This document shows positions 39,255 to 51,018 of a stretch of 64,000 nt of DNA, in pieces (positions within the stretch are counted from its first letter, which is position 1; each line of letters starts with the position of its first letter). Position numbers and translations under genes: made by a program. The notes below the pieces were generated by a model. The model was not told the origin of the DNA and ran no database searches. It was given only the letters and a program-made list of their open reading frames with translations. The DNA is from Octopus sinensis (Eukaryota). The DNA lies in contig NC_043010.1 of assembly GCF_006345805.1 (NCBI RefSeq), positions 56,296,001 to 56,360,000 of the forward strand, written 5' to 3'.

Positions 39255-42200
39255 AAACCTACATAAACTGGAGACAGAAACACCCTGAAGCAAGACCCTA
39301 CACAGACAGTAACAAATTTGCCAACGTCAGAAGAAACATTATAAAAAAAAAATACTGACTGAAGTAGAGATTGACCAAATTAGACAAGCAGTAACGGATA
39401 GAATGAACGAAGCTGCAGCTAGAGAAGATAATACAGAGGAAATAATTATAGACCAGCTCAGAGCTAATACAAACGAAGTAAGGATTGAAAGAGTTAGTAT
39501 AAGTGATAGGCAAAGTGAAATACTCACTGAACCAATCATAAACACTAAGACAGATGAACATCAAATAGATGAAGAAAGTCACACAAATATTGACCCGACA
39601 GAACTACATGAGCTAAAACGTCAAATCATGATTGAATGGCTGAAAATTAAAGAAACCAGTATGGATGAACGTGATTCACTCCCTAAAATCCGCAAATCTA
39701 ACCAAAACATGAAAATAATTGGTAAAATCCGGCTTGCACTTAAGGATATAATTTCAGCTAATGATGTTGATATCACAGATCTCAACCACCTATACTATGC
39801 ATCCGCGAAAATCTCAACGATCCTATGTGGTGAAAAGATTAGAAAACGGCAACATTTCCACAAAAAGCCTTCTTGGCAAGAGCGTTTGCAACAACAAATT
39901 AAACTATTTAGATCTGACATTGAATATTTGAAAAACCTTAAGGTTCATAAGACTACCAAACCTGCAAAACCCCAAAAACTAATGAAAAAATATAATATGA
40001 AAACTATACTTGATATTGATGCCACCATAGAAACCATCAAGCAAAAGGTATCTGCTAAAGCTACCCGCATAGCGAGGTATGAAAAGCGTATTAGATTCTT
40101 CAGGGACAACATGTTCAAAAATAACCCCAAACATTTTTACAGGAAGATAGGAAAAACAACAGTTACTGTAAAGTCTGTACCATCAAAAGAAGAAGTGCAG
40201 GGATTTGGGAATAAAATTTGGGCAGAAGAAAAAACACACAGCGAAAAGGCCCCCTGGATTGATAGAATATCTAAAGAACTGGACTCCTTAGAAGAGCAAA
40301 AGTGGGAGGGTGTCAAGGTAGAAGATATAAGATCTGCTCTCAGGAGGTCAAGCAATGGAAGTCTCCAGGAAAGGATAAAATCCCTAACTTTTGGTTGAAT
40401 GCCTTCCCAGAGAGCCATGAACTGCTAACAGAACTTTACAATGATGTTTTGCAACACCCTAGTAGGATGCCTCCTTGGCTAGTTAATGGGTTAACATTCC
40501 TGCTTCCAAAAAGTGAAGAAACAAATGAACCCAAAAACTATAGACCCATAACCTGCTTAACAACTATGTATAAAACACTAACATCTGTCCTGACGGATAT
40601 ACCTATAGTTTTTTGACAGACAGCAGCATATTCCCTAATGAACAGAAAGGATGTAAACGTGGATCCTACGGCTGTAAAGATCAACTACTCATCATAAGAT
40701 GATCTTAGAAGATTGTCACAAACGACACAAAAACTTATCAATAGCCTGGATAGACTATAAAAAGGCTTTTGATAGCCTACCACATAGCTGGATTAATAAA
40801 TGCCTAGAAATGTATAAGATAGCACCTGCTCTGCGAAACTTTTTGTCTGTAAGTATGAGATCATGGAGAACCACACTAACTTTGAACAGTGACAATGAAT
40901 CTCTAAATGCTGGTGATGTAAAAAATTCATGTAGCATTTTCCAGGGTGACTCACTATCACCGCTCCTCTTCTGTTTAGCCTTAATACCTCTCTCAAAACT
41001 GCTCAATGACGCGCAGTACGGATATAAAATGTTTGATAAAAATATAAATCATCTCATTTACATGGATGATTTTTAAAGCTCTTTGCAAAAAATGACCAAC
41101 AACTCAAGGCTTACTAGCGATTGTCAAACAATTCAGTGATGACATCAGAATGCAATTTGGCCTCGATAAGTGCGCAAAAGCTACCTTTATCAAAGGAAAA
41201 ATGACAGAAACATCTAACGTTAACCTTACCAGCAGAATGTCATAAAAGAATTAGACCCAGCAGAGAACTACAAGTATCTAGGGGTAATTGAAGGAGAGGA
41301 ATAAGGCATTCAGAGATGAAGGAAAGGATTAGGAGAGAATGCTATCGCAGAGTAGAGCAATACTCAAGACAGAGCTGAATGCGAGAAACAGGATCGAAGC
41401 GATCAATGCATTAGCCATACCAGTCGTGACTTACAGTTTCAATATCGTTAACTGGTCAATTACTGAAATATGTAATCTTGACAGAAAAAATACGAAAACT
41501 GTTGACAATGCATAGAATGCACCACCCTAAGGCAGATACAGAACGACTTTATCTGCCAAGAAAAGAGGGAGGCCGTGGACTTTTACAACTGGCAATAACA
41601 ATGAAGATTGCTACAATTGGCCTAGACACCTACCTGAAAAACTCTGAGGACTGGATGTTAAAACTTGTCTCAAAACATGAAAACAAGAAAGCATCATACT
41701 CAGTAACAAAACAGGCAAAGGAATATCTAAGTGAATTCCGAAGATGACAAATTTCGGAATTAGAGATAGACACACAAGAAACAGGCACAGAAAAAGCTAA
41801 GCGCATGAAAACTCGTGCTAAATCTGCGGCCTTAGATATTCTGAATGATAAATGGCAAGAAAAACCTCTCTATGGCAAATACCCAAAGAGAGCAAATAAT
41901 GCAGATGTTGACAAAGCCCTGATCCATCAATGGCTAATGGCATCTGGCTTAAAATCTGAAACAGAGGGGTTTATCATAGCAGCTCAAGATCAATGCCTAC
42001 CAACAAGAAACTACCAGGCCAACATATTAAAGATCAGAAGCAGTCCAACGTGTCGTGTATGCAAGCAACAAAATGAAACCATTGACCATGTTGTCTCCAA
42101 GTGCAGTCTTCTAGCGCCTACAGAGTATCTCAACAGGCACGATAGAGCTGCACAATATATTCACTGGGTAATCTGTAAAAACCTGGATTTGCCCCATGAA

Positions 42201-42826
42201 AAAAACTGGTGGGAACACAAACCACCCCCAGTGCTTGAAAATGACCACATCTCACTCCTCTGGAACTTCACCATTCAAACTGACAGAAAGATAGATGCAA
42301 ATAGGCCAGACATCATATTGAAAGACTTCAAACAAAGAACATGCCTCCTCATTGATATGACTGTCCCAATCGATATAAACGTATCTGTCAAGACCTACCA
42401 AAAACTGAGCAAATATAAAGATCTTGAAATAGAAATCAGCAAAATGTGGAACCTGAAGACTAAAATAATACCTGTTGTCATAGGTGCCCTGGGAATGATA
42501 GCAAAAGGGGCTGATAGCTACCTAACTCAGATACCAGGAAACCCAAAAATGGCAGAAATTCAAAAGATAGTGCTCATGGGAACTGCTCATATCCTACGCA
42601 AAATACTTTCTATGTAATCTCAAGGTTTAAAACAAACATAATTTTCGGTTTAAAAAAAAAAAAAAAAACTTTTTTTAGACATTCATTAGTACAACACCCC
42701 CACCCCCCCAAATATATGGCACACTAGGCATAACAACAACATGAACTTCCAACCCTGTTGTCTCTTGAGGTCTCTGGGTGAGACTTGGAGCCAACTTGTA
42801 CAAATATAAAGCAAAAGTCAAACATA

Positions 42827-42828
<2 letters not shown>
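39253..42828 (+). mobile_element. Long (~3.6 kb) frameshifted R4/Dong-type LINE (family 3)
   Basis: WKSPGKD, NYRPITCL, WIDYKKAFDS, FQGDSLSP, YMDD, CRVC..HVVSKC, NRPDII; flanked by (TAA)n. Confidence 0.95.
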
Positions 42829-42864
<36 letters not shown>

Positions 42865-43056
42865 TAATAATAATAATAATAATAGCAACAGCAGCAGCAA
42901 CAACTACAACAATAATAATCCTTTCTACTATAGGCACAAGGCCTGAAATTCAAAGGAGTGGGGCTAGTCAATTACATTGACCCTAGTATTACTTATTTTG
43001 CTAACCCCGAAAATATGAAAGACGATGTGAGCTACATATTATATATATATATATAT

Positions 43057-43351
43057 ATAGTATTTTATAAGCTTAAAGCTTATGAGCGATCGCCACGCAG
43101 CGACTAAAGAAAACAGTCTAATAATGAGGCATATAAACCTACGCAAATCCACAGCCCTTTTTTTTTCGCGATAAGAATACTAGTGTAATGGTAGCATTCT
43201 TCTCGCGAAAACAAGGAGGTGCGTGTTCGAGTCCCACGCCTACGGGAAAATCTACTTTTTCCGACGAGGGATTATATGCCCCATTATTAGACAATTTTCT
43301 TTAGTCCCTGCGCGGTGATCGCTTATAAGCTTTAAGCTTATAAAATACTAT
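43057..43351. mobile_element. TIR element (~84-bp arms) enclosing a tRNA-like Pol III A/B-box cassette
   Basis: TAGTATTTTATAAGCTTAAAGCTTAT... / ...ATAAGCTTTAAGCTTATAAAATACTA; internal TAGTGTAATGGTAGC and GTTCGAGTCCC. Confidence 0.75.
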
Positions 43352-43402
43352 TACTATTATTTACAGAATTGTAAACATCGACGCTGCTTTAACAAAAAAC
43401 AT

Positions 43403-43457
<55 letters not shown>

Positions 43458-44458
43458 TATTTATTTATATATATATCATTTTCATCCAAAATGGAGACGA
43501 ACACCATTACTCCATGTGATTGGCTTGAAAATTTGTAAAAATATTCAGATATTTTTCTTAACATGAAACCAATGACAGACTTCATACACAAATAAAGAAA
43601 TTTTATCCACCAATGCGGTGTTGAGCACTCATACTCGTTGTTTGACATTCACGTGTGTGTGTGTGTGTGTGTCCATGACTAACTTCCACACAGTTTCCGT
43701 CCACTAAATTCCTCCAAAAAGATTTTGGTCGTATAAAAGACTGACCTCAGACACTGGTCGATCTGAGACTGTGTTTGAAGATACTGATTGAAGGTGTCGC
43801 AAAGCGGAATTGGACTTCAAAACCACTTGGTTAGAAAACAAACTCTTGAAGCAAGCGGTCATGTCTAAGAGAAAAGCAAATGTTTATAATGCATATTAAA
43901 AAGAACAGTCACTGGCTGTCAGTTAACTCCAGTGTTAATATACTGGTTTCAAATTTTGGCAGAAGGTCAGCAATTTTAGAAGAGAGGTCAATCGATTACA
44001 TGGACCTCGGTGTTAGAAAGGTACACCCGAAAGGAGATCAAAGGAAAAGTCGATGTCGGCGGAATTCGAACCCCGAACGTAAAGGCGGACAAAATGTTGG
44101 CAAGTGATTTTTGCCCGACGAGGAAGCGAATCTGCCAGCTCGTCGCTTTGCTCAGTTTTAATATATTAATGTTTATATACACTAAATACAGTTACTGGCT
44201 GTTAGTTAATCTCAGTGTTGTTTGTGTTAGCTTTGACTAGTTTCACTGACTCAGACTAATCGAAGGTTAGTTCAAAGATCAAATTAATGACAAGGTAAAT
44301 GATCGATATCTCTCGAACATTCTGCAGTGATTAGTTTGCTTCTAGCCATGAACAGCAACAGACTGTGTCTAGCAATTCAATCGACTGGGTATGCTCAACT
44401 AGTCAACATCTACATACAGTGTGTGTGTTGTGTGTGTGTGTGTGTCTATATATAATAT

Positions 44459-44492
<34 letters not shown>

Positions 44493-44521
44493 ATATATTA
44501 TATTATATATACGCATATATA

Positions 44522-44555
<34 letters not shown>

Positions 44556-44564
44556 TACATATAT

Positions 44565-45230
44565 AGATAAGAAAGTTTGTTTGGTAAAGCACGTGGGTGA
44601 TATATAAGAAAATAGTAAAGTGTGAAAAAACGACAGAAGGCTTAAATGTTAAAAAATATATATATTTGTGTCAAAATGTCTGGAGAATATTGGAAAAATT
44701 TTTTTCCTTTCCTTATAAATGACATAATTTTAAAATTTTTAAGAAATTACCGGTTTCGCGTGTAGCTTTTCAAATTTCTTGTGACGTTATTTTATATTGC
44801 ATGAATTATCGTTGTTTTTATTTCCAGGAGATTTCTAAATAAGGGGAGGTAGTGAGTGATTTTTTCCGGTGTAGGGGAGATAATCGCTAAAAAATTTTTT
44901 TCCATTTCCTTGTTAATTTCTCTGTGTCAGTATGTTCGGATGGTTGAGTCTGGGTTTGTACTTTTCAATGAAGAATGTTTCCTTGTTCAGTCTCATTTGT
45001 GTTGATGATCCGAGCACATTGGTAAAATGGAAGATTAAAAATTGTGGCAGTAGTTGCTTTGCATTTCTCAATGTGCTCACTAAAAGGTATCATTCTATAT
45101 TCTGGGAATGCAATCTGTTGTCGATGCAGTGTGCATCTGCGCCTGAGTGATAGTCCCGTGGAACCCACGTAGTCTGGTGGCAGCCCGAGCATTTAATAAC
45201 ATAAATTATGTTTTCAGAGGCACAAGTAAG
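44565..45230 (-). mobile_element. 3' part of a Penelope-like retroelement: GIY-YIG endonuclease remnant plus 3' non-coding region
   Basis: [16 protein letters not shown] / [17 protein letters not shown] / KETFFIEKYKPRLN. Confidence 0.85.
44741..44780 (-). ncRNA. Minimal type-I hammerhead with U3-A8 core covariation
   Basis: AAGAAAT-TTGAAAA-GCTACACGC-GAAAC-CG-GTA-ATTTCTT: perfect 7-bp stem I and palindromic ACCGGT. Confidence 0.7.
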
Positions 45231-45284
45231 TTACATATATATATATATAATATATACATATATATATATATACATACATACATG

Positions 45285-45333
<49 letters not shown>

Positions 45334-45356
45334 CATACATACATGTATATATATAC

Positions 45357-45397
<41 letters not shown>

Positions 45398-45465
45398 CAT
45401 ACATGTATATATATACATTTATATATATATATATATATACATACATACATACATGTATTATATAC

Positions 45466-45514
<49 letters not shown>

Positions 45515-45523
<9 letters not shown>

Positions 45524-45925
45524 TATCTACACACTGTGTCTATCTATCCACTCAACAACTACACACTATATCTATATATCCAGTCGATATCTACATATTG
45601 TCTCTTATACAGACAACCTCAACACACTGTATTTATATATCTAGTCAATATCTACACATTGTGTTTATATAACCAGTCAACATTTACATACTGTATCTAT
45701 ATACCTAGCCATTATCTACACGCTCTGTGTGTATGCCCGTCAACCATCTACACACTGCGTCTGTATATCCAACCAGCGACACATTGTGTCTATATATCCA
45801 GTCAATGTCGTCTACACACTCTGTATACGTTTACAGCGTCTATCCAATCATCTCCACCACCCCCAGCACACAGTATAGCTCGTTAATATCTAAACCATGT
45901 GTCTATATAATCCAGATATATAATC
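45515..45925. repeat. Degenerate minisatellite (~30-35 bp unit, TATATCCAGTCAATATCTACACATTGTG-like)
   Basis: A recurring unit is visible in the sequence. Confidence 0.7.
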
Positions 45926-46314
45926 AAGTACTTAATAATCCAACATTTAAACACTAAGTATGTACATTAAAAACAAGCCGGGCCCACAAGACGTCTCCTT
46001 TAAATATCTTATGGCGCAGTTTCTTTTCTCTCCATCAACGAAACAATCTCCTCTCTTTCTCAAATACTAATTACTATTTCCTTACAATTTGATTCAAATT
46101 ACATGTTGCTGATGTCAAACTTTCTAAATTTTCAATTTTTTGCCTTTAATTAATCCGTGTCTAACTGACACCGGATTGGGAAGTAGTTTCGTACAGAGAG
46201 GAGAAAAGTGCTGCGTATGAAATGAGTCTGCGACTCATGATGAAATCTTATCATCGCAACAGAAACGGTTTGTTACCCTTCAGTTGGCAGCGAAAACTTA
46301 GTACCTTGGCAGAA

Positions 46315-46363
<49 letters not shown>

Positions 46364-46652
46364 TGTGTGAGTGCACGCGTTTGAGAGAGAGACAGAGAGA
46401 AAGAGAGAGAATATGTCCTTACACTTAGATACACACACACATACATACATATACATACATGTATGCGTAAATATATGTATATATATATATACGCATATAT
46501 GTATGCACACACACACATACACACACACACACACAAACATATATATATGCAGACAATCATATTCATAAGCACACACATCTATACGCAAATATATAAACAA
46601 ATAGATATTTATTCATACACATATATGTGCATATATACATGTGTGTACGCAC

Positions 46653-46688
<36 letters not shown>

Positions 46689-46849
46689 CGTTGGCCAGGT
46701 AATGAACGGTAGAGGAAGTACTCAATGCAAACGTAAATTACAACAGTTTACTGAGGCCGCTCCCATAGCTCTGTGATTCTTGTCACTCTTATGTCTCCGC
46801 CATGTGAGATCGGTTTCTGAAAATCTGCTCTTATTCTCTTCTATTGAGC

Positions 46850-47400
46850 CCGGCCACAAAAAGTCGATGTGGCAACATAAATCCATTTTTCTTCTGTCGA
46901 TGGGTCACTTACGATTTTGCTGCTTCTTATACAGTAGTCTGCACTAATCTAATTTATGTATATGTAGACACACTGGACATAACTGTTTGTAATAAACACC
47001 ATACCTCAGAAACAGATGTAAAGTACTGCCTATGCTTTTCAATCCAGAACTTGCGAGGCTATCACTAACGGTTCCATCGATTTCCCTGACTTATCTAGGT
47101 TGAACCAACACGAACAATCACTCCAATTCACTCCTATTTTATCAACGATATTGTTGAACGCATTTACTAGAGTTGCATTCATCTACCAGGAGTCACTATG
47201 GATTTTCACCCTCCAGACTCTCAGAGTTTTCTGCTAAGTTATATTTTTGTAATCTCTTCTATATGAATATGTTATAAATGACTTGATACCACGCAACCAA
47301 CAGTTCATCTTATCGACCTCTCCGTTGCCAATGCCAACGCTCGGTTCCACGGATCCGGCATCTCTTCACTCACATTCAGATTTTAGATACTTGCTCTGGT
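46850..47400 (+). mobile_element. Highly decayed Penelope-like GIY-YIG region
   Basis: YTVVCTNLIY...CNKHHTSET and ESLWIFTLQTL (47190-47222) resemble PLE endonuclease motifs. Confidence 0.5.
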
Positions 47401-47452
47401 CTCCTCCGTCCACCCATTTTATTATATGCCTTTTTGACATTTTCTGAACTCT

Positions 47453-47510
<58 letters not shown>

Positions 47511-47544
47511 CTTTATATTTATATTTATATTTATATATATATAT

Positions 47545-47910
47545 CAATAAATTAATAGTAATGGTAAGACAACAAAAGAATGAGACCTCGATATTATACA
47601 AATAGAGGAATTTATTTGTAATATGTGACAATTATTCGGTTGGCATGATAAAACTCCGAGTTTCGGATGTCGGGGCAGAAACCTGCACCGGCATCGCTTC
47701 AGTTATCGAGGCAATTCTTCGATAACTGAAGAGATGCCGGTGCCTGTTTCCGCCCCGACATTCGAAACTCGGAGTTTTATCATGGCAACCAAATATTATA
47801 TTACAAATATATATATTAATAGTAATGGTAAGACAATAAATGAATGAATGCGACCTCGACATTATGTAAATAGAGGAATTTATCTGTAATATATGTGACA
47901 ATTGTATTAC
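47545..47910. mobile_element. Palindromic hammerhead-bearing Penelope-like unit with a duplicated tail
   Basis: IR ~47635-47709 / 47719-47795; the tail at 47551-47632 is repeated directly at 47817-47905. Confidence 0.7.
47721..47781 (+). ncRNA. Type-I hammerhead motif (inverted copy on the minus strand at 47647-47707)
   Basis: GATAA-CTGAAGA-GATGCCGG..CCGACATTC-GAAAC-TCGGA-GTT-TTATC; perfect stem I GATAA/TTATC. Confidence 0.72.
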
Positions 47911-47916
47911 ATATAA

Positions 47917-47963
<47 letters not shown>

Positions 47964-48034
47964 CTCATACAAACAGCATGGACTAAAAGCCTCTCAAGAA
48001 AATACGAAATTGCAATATTTTCACCACTTTCAAT

Positions 48035-48059
48035 GTCATGATAAGCGAAACCGGTAGAC
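48035..48059 (+). ncRNA. Hammerhead-like remnant lacking stem II
   Basis: GTC-ATGATAA-GC-GAAAC-CG-GTA-GAC. Confidence 0.35.
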
Positions 48060-48228
48060 TATCATAATATTCTATTCTTTCAAATATATTTAGAATATTT
48101 AAACTGTGTGCATTTTCCTTCTTTTGTTATATATTTTTTCACTACAACTCACCGCGTGGGGAAAATCTTTTCAACGAAATTCATTTTTACTATATACTAT
48201 ATGTGTGTGTTTGTGCGCGTGGGTATAT

Positions 48229-48262
<34 letters not shown>

Positions 48263-48776
48263 CTAGAGTAGTGACCTGTTGGATCACCGGGGATGTCTGA
48301 GTTTCCCAGCAACGGAGTTTTGTTTCGTGGGGTTGTTTTCTTTTCCACGTTATTTCGCATGCTTTCAACGAATGTAACATTGAAATCACGCATAAACGGC
48401 TCCTTTCCCCAATAAAGGAAAGATTTGGCTGCTATTTCTTGCACGCTCTGCTACCACATAACAGGTATTTCGGGACCTTTATCGCAAATGGTTGTTACGT
48501 GGTAGCAGGTCGTGCTAGAAATAGCAACCAAATGAGATACGTTGAATGCACTCGAAATAAACCTATGGAAAAAAACTATTTCACACCAAGGTTACGAACA
48601 GGTCTTTTACGAAATATTTACCGTATTTTTAAAGTCGTTTTTGTTTTAAAATATTTTACTTATCATAATGTGTCGAATGGAAATTTTAGAGTTTCTTTCG
48701 GAGCATTTTCCCATTATGTGCCACTTTGGCTGTGTAACATTGCAAGCAAGCAAGCAAGACTGAACTTTACTTTGAA

Positions 48777-48860
<84 letters not shown>

Positions 48861-49430
48861 AATATTCTACGTTATTGATTAGCAAAGAAAGCCTGCTTCC
48901 CAAAGGAGTGGAAAACGTTTCGTCAGGAGGCTAGTCTCCTCCTTTCGACCTATCAAAGACAAAGAAGGAACATGTTTACATTTTTATATATTCTCTCATA
49001 GCGAAGCTTTCGAATATTTAAATTTAATTTAGTTTTATAGGTTCACACTGTATGGTGCATCATTTACAGATACATAAAAGTGTGTGCGTGTATGTACATA
49101 TAAATTATATTATATATATTCTATTTTATATGCATTTTTGGTATTTTCTGAATTATACATACATACATTATATATATATATATACATACATACACAGCTA
49201 TTCTTAAAATGCCCTGGAGTATGCTCTTGATGTAATCCAAAGTCTCAGGAGTGTGCTAATATATTCAATGAGGTGAGCTAATACAGTGCAATTAATTAAA
49301 ATAACGTATCGTTGTGTCAATGATTAATTAGGGTCTCGAAAAACAGGGCGAGATAATCACAGACACAGACACACAGATAGATATATAAAATGAAAGACAG
49401 ACAGATAGACAGACAGATAGATAAATAGAC

Positions 49431-49522
<92 letters not shown>

Positions 49523-50107
49523 CCCAGTGTCACTCTGAGATTTGTTACCCTGGGTGGATTAGCAGAGAACACTTGATATTCCCTTCCATAGAATAGTGTT
49601 CTACAGTAGAGCGTTCTGCAGAATGGTATTCCATAGAATGGTGAAAGTGAGTGGGGTGGGGACGTGCAAGTTACCTGAAGCAAGTGAAGGTTGTAAACAA
49701 TATGTGTGAAGCGCTGACAGCTCCTTTCTGGGTGTTGATATTTACATGTGAGAACGGCCCTTAACGTGCCAGGAAACATAAGGGACCAGCTAACAACCAA
49801 AACGGAATGAAATAAAAAGCCAACTTGTGTCAAAAAAGATTTCTTTCTTTATTTTTACAAGCGGCAAGAAATTTGGCAATAAAATGTCAAATTAAAACCG
49901 TGGCTTTGACAGGATGTCATTTGTGGAGAGGTTTTAATTTGCGAAATATTTATTGGAGGAGGGGAGAGGGACGGGGGCGATTATTGGTGATGATGATGAT
50001 AATGATGATGTTAGTACTGCTGATAATGATGGTGGTGGTGGTGGTGGCGATGGTGCTGGTGGTGGTGGTGGTCATGAACAAACATGGTTTTTGTGTGTCG
50101 GTGTTGC

Positions 50108-50138
<31 letters not shown>

Positions 50139-50309
50139 TGTGTGTGTATGCGTGTGTGTGTGTGTGTGTGTGAGTGTGTGTGTGTATGCGTGTATGCGTA
50201 TATCGGGGTGGTGGGCTGGTGGAGAGGTGTAATCGCAAATTTAGAGTATCGTAATATATTTGGAATGTAAAATATATTTTATTGACAACATATCATTTTC
50301 AACAAAACT

Positions 50310-50840
50310 GCATGAGTGTGTATGCGTGAATGTATGTATATATGTATGTATGCGTCTGTGAATGTGTGTATGTATATATGTATGTATGCGTGTGTGAATG
50401 TGTGTATGTATGTATGTATGTATGTATGTATGTATGTATGCGTGTGTGAATGTGTGTATGTATGTATGTATGTATGTATGCGTGTGTGAATGTGTGTATG
50501 TATGTATGTATGCGTGTGTGAATGTGTGTATGTATGTATGTATGTATGTATGTATGCGTGTGTGAATGTGTGTATGTATGTATGTATGTATGTATGCGTG
50601 TGTGAATGTGTGTATGTATGTATGTATGTATGTATGTATGTATGCGTGTGTGAATGTGTGTATGTATGTATGTATGTATGTATGCGTGTGTGAATGTGTG
50701 TATGTATGTATGTATGTATGCGTGTGTGAATGTGTGTATGTATGTATGTATGTATGTATGCGTGTGTGAATGTGTGTATGTATATATGTATGTATGCGTG
50801 TATGTATGTGTGTATGTATGTATGTATGTATGCATGTACA
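50310..50840. repeat. Higher-order microsatellite: (TATG)n interrupted periodically by CGTGTGTGAATGTGTG
   Basis: Seen directly in the sequence. Confidence 0.9.
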
Positions 50841-50987
50841 TGTCTGTGTGTATGTATTCAACAAAATGTGTATATCTTTTTTGCATTTACTTCTTTTAAT
50901 CATTAGACTGCGGCCATGCTGGGGCACAGCCTTCAGGAATATTTAGTTAAATGAATCAACCCGAGCATTTGTCCAAAGTGCCTCGCA

Positions 50988-51018
<31 letters not shown>

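Noticed and set aside
43175-43250. tRNA gene
   Set aside because: A and B boxes are present, but no acceptor stem or canonical anticodon arm can be formed. Reported as a tRNA-like cassette instead.
48263-48420. Second Helitron-like end (ACTAGAGTAGTGACC...)
   Set aside because: The hairpin is weak and no matching 5' end or second copy is present in the window.
50310-50840. CRISPR-like repeat-spacer periodicity
   Set aside because: The 'spacers' are variable-length (TATG)n, not unique sequences, and there are no cas genes.
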